Below the pieces are notes generated by a model that searched no databases, was not told the origin of the DNA, and saw nothing but the letters and a program-made list of their open reading frames with translations. Positions 25,988 through 34,703 of a stretch of 64,000 nucleotides of DNA are shown piece by piece. How positions within the stretch are numbered: position 1 is the stretch's first letter; every line of letters starts with the position of its first letter. The translations under genes and the position numbers were made by a program. The stretch lies in IMG/VR virus record IMGVR_UViG_3300045988_115163; one strand, 5' to 3'. The DNA comes from a virus.

Positions 25988-26376
25988 ATCATTTAGAAGA
26001 GTGTTTTTAATGATTTGACTCTTACAAAATCTCAAAATGAGAATTTATTTCTCTATCTGTCATATATACGTTGAGGTAGGATTCCTTGTTCCAGTGAATG
26101 CTCTGTTTATCCTAACAACATTCGACCTTGCGAGGGATTGTATATATGTCGCATCGGGAGCGTCTGGAAGGACGAGCATATATCCACTTGGAAAGGAAGC
26201 GTTCAAGAGTACGGATATAAGGATAACAAGTTAAATGATAAACAGGCGTAGACCAATCACCAAGCTACAAAGAAAGGGTAGCAAGGGAGATAAAGGAGCT
26301 TCTATATATCATTAATAAAAATCCGTATGAAAAAGAAGAAATTTAAACCTAAAAAGAAAAAGATTATAAGTAAAAT

Positions 26377-26757
26377 ATGAAGAAGTTTGATTTAGAAGCT
26401 GCCTTAAAGGGAGCACCAGTAATAACCGGAGGAAATCATCCGGCACGAATAATATGTACGGATGCTAAAGGTAATTTACCTATCATTGCCTTAATATCAA
26501 ACAACGGTGTAGAAAATCCGGTAAAATACACTTTAGATGGTAGATATTATACAAAAGGGACATCTGGTTATGACTTATACATGGATGTTGTTAAGAAGAA
26601 AGGGTATATCAATATTTGGGAGCATGAAAATGGCAAAAAATGGACAGAAGGTATATTCTCAACTAGAGACGAAGCTGAAAAAAATAAGGAGATAACAGCA
26701 ATATATAATGCTCAAAAAGTTTATATATCTACAATAGAAATTGAATGGGAGGAATAA
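26377..26757 (+). CDS. hypothetical protein
   Basis: 126 aa ORF; first gene of the recombination operon. Confidence 0.55.
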   Translation: MKKFDLEAALKGAPVITGGNHPARIICTDAKGNLPIIALISNNGVENPVKYTLDGRYYTKGTSGYDLYMDVVKKKGYINIWEHENGKKWTEGIFSTRDEAEKNKEITAIYNAQKVYISTIEIEWEE

Positions 26758-26758
26758 A

Positions 26759-28714
26759 ATGAAATTAATTGAATTAAAAAGATTGACGCTCTCTAATTGG
26801 AGAGGACAAAGCCGAAAGGTTGATTTTGAAGGAAGAACGGATGTGTACGGAAAGAACAAGACAGGGAAAAGCTCTCTGAAAGATGCGTTCCTGTGGCTTC
26901 TTACCGGATATGACAGCAATAACCGGATGAACTTCAACTTGTTTGATAACAATATGGAGTATACCGCAGAAAACAATCCGGAAGCAAGTGTAGAAGGTGT
27001 ATTCCTAATCAACGGTAACGAATATTCATTCAAGCGTACCGCAAAAATGGGATTTGTCCGTAAACGTGGAAACAAAGAATACGAACGAAAAGGGACAGAC
27101 GACTATAAATTCTTGATGGATGGCATTGAGATGTCTGCCACTGAATACCGTACACGTATCAATGAGTTGTTTGCCGAGCAAAATGTACTTCGAATCATGC
27201 TGGATACCACTTATTTCTTAGGTATGGAATGGAAAGACCAGAGAACTTATCTGAGTCTGATGTCCGGTGAAATCAAGAAAGAAGACTATAAAGGCAAATA
27301 TGACACTTTGTTTGAGAAGCTGGACAAATATACAATGGAAGAGATAAAGTCTCAAATTGCTACGATATGTGACCCTATTAAGGCTCAATTGAAGTCTTTC
27401 CCATTGACTATTCAAACTCTGGAAGAGAATTTGCCGGATATTTCCAAGGTAGAGGAAGCTAAAAAGAACATTGAGAATGACAAGATTCAAATTAAGGAAA
27501 TCGAAGACATGATGAATGGTACAGCAGAATCTATCAAGCCTTTCATTGATAAGAGGAACAAAGAAATGCTGGAAATAAGCACGAAGAAAAATGAATTGAT
27601 AAACCGGAAAAAGGCTTTTGAAGAAGAGCAGAAAGCCCCGATAGAGATTGCCAGAAAGAATTTGGATAATATCTCTGCCAAGAATGAGGAAATAAAAGCT
27701 CAGAATGACAAGATTGAGAGAGACCGGAATAGGTATGAAACTCAGATAAAGACTTTTGAAGAATACGTAAAGCAGTGCGCACAAAGAAGAGAAGCGTTAC
27801 TTGCTGAAAAGAATGAGGAAAAGGAAAAGCTGTTTGGAGAAGATACTTGTCCGGTTTGCGGTCAGTCTTATCCAGAAAGTAAATTGGGAGAACTTCGGGC
27901 TTCTTTTGAAGAAAAGAAGAAAAATAGGCTTGAAACCATTATCGCTCAGGGCAAAGCTAACAATTCACGAAAAGATTCTTTCTTGAAATCCATCCAAGAA
28001 TTAAAAGAAGAAATAAATTCACTGCCTGAACCACAAGGATTGCATAGTGTGATTGAAGCGGTAGAAGAACTTCGGAAAGCAGAAGAGAACTGGAAACGAT
28101 TTGAAGATACCGAAGAATATGCTTCCTTAATGGAAGAGATTCACAATATGGAAGAGAATTTGACCGTTATTCCTGAACAAGACAATGCGGAAATGATTTC
28201 TATGAAAGAGACATTTATGAAGCATATCGAGGAAGAAAGTAAAATACTCGGATTGGTGGACGAACGCAAAAAGCAGGAACAGAAGATTGAAAATTTGAAG
28301 AAAGACCAAAGAGCCGCAGCCGAAAAACTGGCAGAACAGGAACAATTGGATTACGAAATAAAGGAGTACGAAGAGGAAAGAGCAAAGATTGTATCTGACC
28401 GGGTAAACCGATATTTCAAACGTTGCCATATCACCATGATGTCGCAGGATAAGTCCGGGAAGTGGATACCGAATTGTGTCATTACGGCATTGGATGGCGC
28501 AAACTCCGCAACGAGCAACGGTGCAGAACGTATCCTTTTAGGAGTAGACATTTCAAATGCGTTTGCCGAATACTTTGGGATTAGTCTTCCTCTCTTCGTG
28601 GATGATGTGAATTTGATTAACGATGTCCATGCTGCTATTCAAACCAAACATCAACTGATTAGCCTGATTGTATCGGAAGACGAAAGTTTAATCGTAAAGA
28701 GCAATGGACTATAA
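26759..28714 (+). CDS. Rad50/SbcC-like SMC-family ATPase with central CxxC zinc hook
   Basis: Walker A GKNKTGKSS. Long coiled-coil (E/K-rich) middle with CPVCGQ. C-terminal SNGERILLG signature-like motif and LPLFVDDV Walker B. Confidence 0.7.
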   Translation: MKLIELKRLTLSNWRGQSRKVDFEGRTDVYGKNKTGKSSLKDAFLWLLTGYDSNNRMNFNLFDNNMEYTAENNPEASVEGVFLINGNEYSFKRTAKMGFVRKRGNKEYERKGTDDYKFLMDGIEMSATEYRTRINELFAEQNVLRIMLDTTYFLGMEWKDQRTYLSLMSGEIKKEDYKGKYDTLFEKLDKYTMEEIKSQIATICDPIKAQLKSFPLTIQTLEENLPDISKVEEAKKNIENDKIQIKEIEDMMNGTAESIKPFIDKRNKEMLEISTKKNELINRKKAFEEEQKAPIEIARKNLDNISAKNEEIKAQNDKIERDRNRYETQIKTFEEYVKQCAQRREALLAEKNEEKEKLFGEDTCPVCGQSYPESKLGELRASFEEKKKNRLETIIAQGKANNSRKDSFLKSIQELKEEINSLPEPQGLHSVIEAVEELRKAEENWKRFEDTEEYASLMEEIHNMEENLTVIPEQDNAEMISMKETFMKHIEEESKILGLVDERKKQEQKIENLKKDQRAAAEKLAEQEQLDYEIKEYEEERAKIVSDRVNRYFKRCHITMMSQDKSGKWIPNCVITALDGANSATSNGAERILLGVDISNAFAEYFGISLPLFVDDVNLINDVHAAIQTKHQLISLIVSEDESLIVKSNGL

Positions 28715-29069
28715 AATTATAATTAATCTAAGTCTTCTCAATAACGCCATTGAAACGGAAGTGGAGATAGGAGATTCTATGGAAAAAGGAATATTTATTC
28801 CCTATAGATATGCTCCTATCTACAAAAAGAAAAAAGGCGTATTTCTGTATCTATTTGCAAAGGAAAGAAGAGCAAATGCTTTCGGGCAGTCTCATTACCT
28901 CCGACCTAATTGTGATAAATTAAAATATGAACAAATAAAATTAGATACCGGTATGGATGAGCCATTTTCTATTCTTGGAAATATGAAAGTGCAGGGAGAA
29001 AACAAAGATTGGAGAAAAACAGAAAAAGACATTAAAAAATCAATTGAAAATATTTTAGACAATGACTAA
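28704..29069 (+). CDS. hypothetical protein
   Basis: ORF track; overlaps neighbours. Confidence 0.5.
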   Translation: MDYKIIINLSLLNNAIETEVEIGDSMEKGIFIPYRYAPIYKKKKGVFLYLFAKERRANAFGQSHYLRPNCDKLKYEQIKLDTGMDEPFSILGNMKVQGENKDWRKTEKDIKKSIENILDND

Positions 29070-29430
29070 GAAAGAGAAAAAAGAGACTTACAAAAGAGTC
29101 CAAGAATTAACCAAAGAGTTAATAAGTTGTTTAGTTGAACTGGAAGAAGATTATCTTATTTTGACGCCCAATGATGAAAAAACATATTCATCGGCTGTTG
29201 GATTTCCAAAAGATAAACTTCCGAATATGTATATGGGTGCAATGGAAGATAAAGAAGAGGGTGGTGCTGTATATTCCGCTTTAGCTTTAACTGCATCTAA
29301 CTATTACCTAAGTAAAGCATCAGATGAAGACGCTTCATTTGCTATGAAACAATTTTATAAAACCTTACAATTGAGGGAACTCTTCATTAAAAATATTTTT
29401 GGAGATAGTAAAGACGTGAATTTGAATTAA
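29062..29430 (+). CDS. hypothetical protein
   Basis: ORF track; packed array. Confidence 0.5.
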   Translation: MTKKEKKETYKRVQELTKELISCLVELEEDYLILTPNDEKTYSSAVGFPKDKLPNMYMGAMEDKEEGGAVYSALALTASNYYLSKASDEDASFAMKQFYKTLQLRELFIKNIFGDSKDVNLN

Positions 29431-29465
29431 TTTTGTATATTTGTAAACCATTAAAAATAAAAGAC

Positions 29466-29921
29466 ATGGAAGGAATTTATTATTTTAACGTAGCTCTGAA
29501 ATATGATAAGCTGGACGAAAGGGGTGTATATAAAAAAGTTACTGAACATTATCTCGTAAAGAGCTTTACCTGTAGTTCTGCCGAATATTCTATCATCCAA
29601 GAAATGCAGCCGTTTATTACAGGCGATTTCAAAGTCAATGCAGTTAAGGAATCCAAGTATTCAGAATTGTTTCTTTCCGAGGAAGCTGCGGCAGATAGAT
29701 ACTTTGAATGTAAACTAAAGTTCATTACCTTGGATGAAAAATCCGGTAAGGAAAAGTTCACTCAAACTAAAATGCTGGTTCAAGCTGCCGACCTGCGAGA
29801 CGCAGTTAAGAAATTAGACTCTGGGATGAAAGGCACGATGGCAGAATACCAGATTGTTTCTGTATCTGAGACAAATATCATGGATATATTTACCGAAGAA
29901 AACATAGAGCATGAAGGTTGA
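29466..29921 (+). CDS. DUF4494-like protein
   Basis: YFNVALKYDKLDERGVYKKVTEHYLVKSFTCSSAEYSIIQEMQPFITGDFKV resembles the Bacteroidota DUF4494 pattern (from memory). Confidence 0.45.
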   Translation: MEGIYYFNVALKYDKLDERGVYKKVTEHYLVKSFTCSSAEYSIIQEMQPFITGDFKVNAVKESKYSELFLSEEAAADRYFECKLKFITLDEKSGKEKFTQTKMLVQAADLRDAVKKLDSGMKGTMAEYQIVSVSETNIMDIFTEENIEHEG

Positions 29922-30246
29922 ACGAATTGAAGATGCAACCGATATATATCTGAGAGGTAGTATTTGCCTCTCAGATGTACCCAAAGACATGATATATGTT
30001 TCTCCCAAAAACGGGAAGAAATATCTCTCTATAATAATCACCAAGTGCGATGAAATGAAATGGGAAAAATCCCATGAAGTAAAAACCGCACCAACTCAGG
30101 ATGATAAGGCAAGAGGCGTGTCTCCAAGAAGTTTAGGTCTACTAAGCGAATGGAAAAGAGACACTGGTGATACTACGCAGCCTAAAATGAAAGCTCCGAA
30201 AAAGGAAAAGCCTAAAACGGAAGAGATAGATGATTTGCCATTCTGA
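29911..30246 (+). CDS. putative ssDNA-binding protein (non-canonical) with SSB-type acidic tip
   Basis: C-terminus ...KTEEIDDLPF* mimics the SSB DDD(I/L)PF tail; sits immediately upstream of RecT. Confidence 0.45.
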   Translation: MKVERIEDATDIYLRGSICLSDVPKDMIYVSPKNGKKYLSIIITKCDEMKWEKSHEVKTAPTQDDKARGVSPRSLGLLSEWKRDTGDTTQPKMKAPKKEKPKTEEIDDLPF

Positions 30247-30304
30247 GCTACAAAGGTGATTAACCTATTTAAAGAACAAGGAATAAACTTAGAAATTATA
30301 AAAT

Positions 30305-31222
30305 ATGGAAGATAATAAAGATTTAGTAAAAGTAAACGTAGGCGACGAAGTAATTAGTCGCATTGATACACTCTGCAAGGTAGGATTTACCATGCCCGCA
30401 GATTATAACTACATTAACGCTATCAAAGCCGCCATGCTGGTATTGGCAGATGTGAAAAACAAGAATGGCGTTCCGGCATTGCAAAGCTGTACAAAGAACA
30501 GTATTCAAACCGCACTCTTCAAGATGGCTACAAAAGGTTTGGATATTTCAAAGAAGCAAGGATACATGATTGTTCGTGGCGACCAGCTTTGCTTTGAAGA
30601 AAGCTATTTTGGTACTTGTTTGCAGGCAAGAAGAGCATCACAATATTTTGAACCAATTGCCAACATTATCTATAAAGGGGATATTTTTAAATTTGAAATT
30701 GACCCCAATACCGGACGCAAAAAGGTTCTTGAACATACTCAGACTTTAGAATCTATTGATTCTGGCGAGATGGTTGGTGCTTATGCTTATGTTACCAATG
30801 ACAAGGGAGAAACGGACATAGAGATTATGACGATGGCTCAAATCCGCAAAAGCTGGTTTAAGAGTTCTTCTCAACAACAATTGGTACATAAGGAGTTTCC
30901 CGACCAAATGGCTCGCAGAACGGTAATTAAGAGAGGAGCAAAAATGCTCATCAATTCTTCAAAGTCTGTAGTAGACGACGATTTGGAAGAGGAAGTATTG
31001 AATCCAATAGATGCTTCACACCAGATTGAACCGGAATACGCTACCTTTGAAGAGGTGCACAATGAAGTTCCTGCGGACGAACCGAAAGAAGCCGCATATA
31101 AAGAACAGGCAGATGCTTCGAAGAAATCAGGTAGAAGACCTAAAGCTAATCCAGAGCCTACTCCTGAACCTGCTCCGGCAGACCCACCTATTCAAGAGAA
31201 CAACGAAGGCGAGGAGTTCTAA
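30305..31222 (+). CDS. recT: RecT-family single-strand annealing protein
   Basis: LQSCTKNSIQTALFKMATKGLDISKKQGYMIVRGDQLCFEESYFG fits the RecT core. Low-complexity P/E-rich tail. Confidence 0.7.
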   Translation: MEDNKDLVKVNVGDEVISRIDTLCKVGFTMPADYNYINAIKAAMLVLADVKNKNGVPALQSCTKNSIQTALFKMATKGLDISKKQGYMIVRGDQLCFEESYFGTCLQARRASQYFEPIANIIYKGDIFKFEIDPNTGRKKVLEHTQTLESIDSGEMVGAYAYVTNDKGETDIEIMTMAQIRKSWFKSSSQQQLVHKEFPDQMARRTVIKRGAKMLINSSKSVVDDDLEEEVLNPIDASHQIEPEYATFEEVHNEVPADEPKEAAYKEQADASKKSGRRPKANPEPTPEPAPADPPIQENNEGEEF

Positions 31223-31392
31223 TGGAACTGAGAGTAATGGGTTCAAGCAGCAAAGGGAACTCTTATGCCCTTTGCTGCAACGAAGAGATTTTATTGGTTG
31301 AAGCTGGTATCAAAGTTCAAGACATAATTAAGGGAATTGATTATCAATTGAAAAAAGTACGAGGGGTGATTTTCAGTCACCAGCATCTTTGA
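31222..31392 (+). pseudogene. N-terminal fragment of MBL-fold nuclease/hydrolase (stops inside the HxHxDH motif)
   Basis: MELRVMGSSSKGNSYALCCNEEILLVEAGIK...VIFSHQHL*. TAATG overlap with the recT stop. Confidence 0.65.
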
Positions 31393-31423
31393 CCACTCTA
31401 AGAGTGCACATGAATTTGTAAAG

Positions 31424-31939
31424 ATGGGATTTCCGGTTTACACCCATCCGGCAGCAGTGGAAGCATCCGGATTTATCGGATTGAATGGATTAAACCCTAA
31501 AAAGAAACTGGTCATGGGTGGATTTAAGATTCAAGCTATCGAAGTAAAGCATAATGTACCTTGCTATTCGTTTGTGATTGATTGTCCGGACACCAGTAGA
31601 GTTTTGTTCATTACTGACTGTGCAGACTTTCCTTGGAAGGTAAATGGAGTGAATCATCTTCTGTGTGAAGCAAACTATATGGAAGACATCATTCTGGATA
31701 GAGCCGCAAGAGATGAATGGTCGGCTTCTGCCAGTGGAAATCACCTCTCCATAGAACAGTCGGTGAACATTATAAAGCGGCATTTTAGCGCAAAACTCCA
31801 AACGGTAGTACTGTTGCACCTCAGCGATGGAAATAGTGACGAAAAACGCTTTAGAGAGATGGTAAAAATAGCTACCGGAATTGAACCTTATATTGCCGAT
31901 TCGGGAATGAAAATCAAACTTAATTTGGAAGACTTTTAG
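31424..31939 (+). CDS. C-terminal part of the MBL-fold nuclease/hydrolase (+1 frame relative to 31222..31392)
   Basis: The frame upstream of this ORF reads FDHSKSAHEFVKMGFPVYTHP. Removing one T of cttt (31388-31390) restores SHQHLDHSKSAH. Confidence 0.65.
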   Translation: MGFPVYTHPAAVEASGFIGLNGLNPKKKLVMGGFKIQAIEVKHNVPCYSFVIDCPDTSRVLFITDCADFPWKVNGVNHLLCEANYMEDIILDRAARDEWSASASGNHLSIEQSVNIIKRHFSAKLQTVVLLHLSDGNSDEKRFREMVKIATGIEPYIADSGMKIKLNLEDF

Positions 31940-32062
31940 ATGATGGAGTTCGTGAGATTTATAAGCAAAGACTTTGAGACATTCATCTGTTTCTTGATAT
32001 TCCTTTGGATAATATTTTCGGGGATAGAAGGAATTGTAAAAGAATGGAGGAAAAATAGATGA
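31940..32062 (+). CDS. small hydrophobic peptide (40 aa)
   Basis: MMEFVRFISKDFETFICFLIFLWIIFSGIEGIVKEWRKNR*; ATGA overlap with the next gene. Confidence 0.35.
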   Translation: MMEFVRFISKDFETFICFLIFLWIIFSGIEGIVKEWRKNR

Positions 32063-32271
32063 CCTATAAATGGAAGTTTAACGACTATCTTCAATCCATA
32101 TACGATTGTACGATAGAGGCTAAAGATAAAAATCCGGTTTGTTACTACTTTCCGGTTACTCAGCTAGAATTAGCAGAGAACATGGATTTGGTAAAACAAG
32201 GATATAAAAAAGACATAATACCCACAACTCTCTTATGGATGATTGTGGGAAAAAGAAAGAAAAGAAGATGA
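32059..32271 (+). CDS. hypothetical protein
   Basis: ORF track; ATGA overlaps at both ends. Confidence 0.5.
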   Translation: MTYKWKFNDYLQSIYDCTIEAKDKNPVCYYFPVTQLELAENMDLVKQGYKKDIIPTTLLWMIVGKRKKRR

Positions 32272-32756
32272 GTAAAGTATTCGTAGGGTGCGATAATGGG
32301 GTTTCCGGTACAATTGGTATAGTTGGCGATGGAATAGAACCCATATTCGTAAAAACACCTACTAAAAAAGAGCAAGACTATACCAAGAAGAAGAAAATGA
32401 TAACAAGGCTGGACTCTCTCAAATTTATTGCCTTATTTAATGGCATTAATAAGAGCGATATAACCTTTGTTATAGAACGTCCCTTAATAAATAGCACTCG
32501 CTTTAATGCTTCCATTAGTGGGGTAAGATGTCACGAAGCCATGCTGAACGCTATTGAGATAATGGGATGCAGGTATATGTTCATTGACAGTAAGGAATGG
32601 CAGAAAGCACTTCTTCCACATGGTTGTGCCGGAGATGAATTAAAAAAGGCTTCTCTGGATATAGGAAATCGTTTATTTCCTAGGTTTGAAGATGTAAAGC
32701 ATCCAGATAGAGACGGATTATTAATTGCTGAGTACGCTCGGAGGAAAAACTTATAA
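32268..32756 (+). CDS. RuvC-like Holliday junction resolvase
   Basis: MSKVFVGCDNGVSGTIGIV (first catalytic Asp region), FVIERP, DRDGLLIAEYA (C-terminal acidic pair). Confidence 0.6.
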   Translation: MSKVFVGCDNGVSGTIGIVGDGIEPIFVKTPTKKEQDYTKKKKMITRLDSLKFIALFNGINKSDITFVIERPLINSTRFNASISGVRCHEAMLNAIEIMGCRYMFIDSKEWQKALLPHGCAGDELKKASLDIGNRLFPRFEDVKHPDRDGLLIAEYARRKNL

Positions 32757-32758
32757 TT

Positions 32759-32977
32759 ATGGAAAAGATAAGATATTTCATGTGTCCTTTTGTACTTACT
32801 TCAAAAGGTAAAGGACGGCAAGATGGAAGAGCGATACTCACAGTTGAAGGTTGCTTAAACATTTCAAAAATAGAAAAAAGAATAAAAGAAGCTGATGGAA
32901 TTGAAGATGGACGGGTAATCTGTACCGGATTTTATGAAATGTCCGAAGAAGATTATATGTCTAATTTCATGGAATAA
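32759..32977 (+). CDS. hypothetical protein
   Basis: ORF track; packed array. Confidence 0.5.
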   Translation: MEKIRYFMCPFVLTSKGKGRQDGRAILTVEGCLNISKIEKRIKEADGIEDGRVICTGFYEMSEEDYMSNFME

Positions 32978-33054
32978 TTAATACGTTTATCATAACTTTG
33001 CAATCGTCTGGTTCGTGAGAATAGGGCGGTTTTTAACTAACTAAAAAAGAAGAA

Positions 33055-33297
33055 ATGAAAGATTTCATTATATTTGTAATCGCTCTCATTATCGTTGCCG
33101 GGTTTATCGGTCATATTGAGATTAATACTAATCCCTTTTGCATCAGACTACCGATGTGGCACAGAGTAGTCGCTCTTATTCTGTTTTTTGCTGCATGGGG
33201 ATTGTGGGATTGGGGAGAACGCTTAGATGCGTATTCTAAAGGGCTGAAAAGAGGTATGGATATAACGATTGAACAGTATAAAGAAAATAAGAAATGA
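33055..33297 (+). CDS. two-TM small membrane protein (holin candidate)
   Basis: FIIFVIALIIVAGFIGHI and VVALILFFAAWGLWDW helices, charged C-terminus; same operon as the endolysin. Confidence 0.4.
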   Translation: MKDFIIFVIALIIVAGFIGHIEINTNPFCIRLPMWHRVVALILFFAAWGLWDWGERLDAYSKGLKRGMDITIEQYKENKK

Positions 33298-33587
33298 ACG
33301 TAGAAAAGATTTACACGTTAGAGGGAGAGGCTATAAGCCTCAAAGATAAGGAATATCCGTCTATCATTGAAAAAGTAGATTATTCTGCAATAGACGATGA
33401 AGGTCTCAAATATCTTCAAGACCAAATGAAAAGTTTGGCGAAGTTGTGGAGCATTGTCTATTTACAGGATAAGAGACCTATTAGCATCCGGTTTGCCATT
33501 TATTCAAACTATATCTTCAAGAGCCGGATTCTAAAAGATGATTGCATTGATAAAATAGAACAGAATAATTTTTCAAATGGAAACTGA
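33294..33587 (+). CDS. hypothetical protein
   Basis: ORF track; ATGA overlap. Confidence 0.5.
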   Translation: MNVEKIYTLEGEAISLKDKEYPSIIEKVDYSAIDDEGLKYLQDQMKSLAKLWSIVYLQDKRPISIRFAIYSNYIFKSRILKDDCIDKIEQNNFSNGN

Positions 33588-33741
33588 GGAAAGCATCATA
33601 CCAAAATTGCTCCGGCTGACAGAAGAAAAACATACTATGCTTAAAAAGATAGTTAACTTCATAGAAGAATACAATTCAGACGAGGCTAAAGAGAATAGGC
33701 TTGTATTGGAATTTATAACAAATGTCACTGCCGATTGGTAG
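33577..33741 (+). CDS. small protein with in-frame TAG; frame continues to 33831
   Basis: METEESIIPKLLRLTEEKHTMLKKIVNFIEEYNSDEAKENRLVLEFITNVTADW*AEWMRNGATNDITKADIDDLTNRILTQTK*. Confidence 0.4.
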   Translation: METEESIIPKLLRLTEEKHTMLKKIVNFIEEYNSDEAKENRLVLEFITNVTADW

Positions 33742-33835
33742 GCTGAATGGATGCGCAATGGTGCGACCAATGACATCACTAAAGCCGATATAGACGATTT
33801 AACCAATAGAATTTTAACTCAAACAAAATAGTATA

Positions 33836-34162
33836 ATGAAAATTAACGAGTATCAATTAAAAGCACTGGAAACAGCTATCTATCCAGAAGATTGTAAAAT
33901 CATTTATCCGGCATTAGGATTAACCGGAGAAGCCGGAGAAGTTTCGGATAAAGTAAAAAAGGTAATCAGAGACAATAACAGAGTATTCTCATCAGAAATA
34001 AAGCTAGAAATAGCCAAAGAATTGGGAGATGTTCAATGGTATATCGCTACGATGGCGCATGACCTTGGTTATTCTCTGGAAGAGATTTGTCAAATGAATA
34101 TTGACAAGTTACAATCTCGGAAAGAGAGACATTGTATTAATGGCAATGGAGATAATAGATAA
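33836..34162 (+). CDS. MazG-like nucleoside triphosphate pyrophosphohydrolase
   Basis: ALGLTGEAGEVSDKVKK and ELGDVQWYIATMA (EAGE / ELGD motifs). Confidence 0.7.
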   Translation: MKINEYQLKALETAIYPEDCKIIYPALGLTGEAGEVSDKVKKVIRDNNRVFSSEIKLEIAKELGDVQWYIATMAHDLGYSLEEICQMNIDKLQSRKERHCINGNGDNR

Positions 34163-34164
34163 CC

Positions 34165-34386
34165 ATGAAAATAGAGATAGATATACCCGAACCATTTATT
34201 GATGCAGACAATAGCATGATAAATATAAAAGGTGATGGTTTTTTATATACCTCCTTTGATGAGAAACGTAGTGGTCTTGCCTCAGATAAATTTGCGGAAA
34301 ACCCGGAAGAATATAAGAAGTTGGCTGATGCGTTAGAAGAAATTTCATACAACATTAGATATCTTATTTACCATAAACTTATTTAG
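34165..34386 (+). CDS. hypothetical protein
   Basis: ORF track; packed array. Confidence 0.5.
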   Translation: MKIEIDIPEPFIDADNSMINIKGDGFLYTSFDEKRSGLASDKFAENPEEYKKLADALEEISYNIRYLIYHKLI

Positions 34387-34388
34387 AC

Positions 34389-34700
34389 ATGGAAAAAGAA
34401 AAAGAATTGAAAGCTCAGAACAGATTGAAAGCATTGGAATTTGCTGTAATGCACATGAATTTACCCCAAGAATTATATGGAAAGATGAGCTTCTTGGATT
34501 ATTGCAAACAAGAAGCGGAGAAAATTCTGGATTGGGCATACGAGGAAGAGGAAAAAGAAGTTAAGCCTCTTGAATGTGAATGGATTTCCTGCCAAGATAT
34601 ATTAGATAGGATGGAAAAAGCCTATATAGAAATGGAGGAAAAAGAATTAGAAAAGGAACTTAGAGAATTTATTAAAAAATATACGGATGTAATTAAATAG
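34389..34700 (+). CDS. hypothetical protein
   Basis: ORF track; packed array. Confidence 0.5.
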   Translation: MEKEKELKAQNRLKALEFAVMHMNLPQELYGKMSFLDYCKQEAEKILDWAYEEEEKEVKPLECEWISCQDILDRMEKAYIEMEEKELEKELREFIKKYTDVIK

Positions 34701-34703
34701 GAG

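Noticed and set aside
26037-26234. 65 aa + ORF in the spacer after the double terminator
   Set aside because: The product is implausible, the ORF has no coupling to its neighbours, and it spans the GC-rich structured patch.
31011-31301. 96 aa + ORF overlapping the recT 3' end
   Set aside because: It is an alternative frame of recT's low-complexity tail. The real downstream gene starts at 31222 in another frame.
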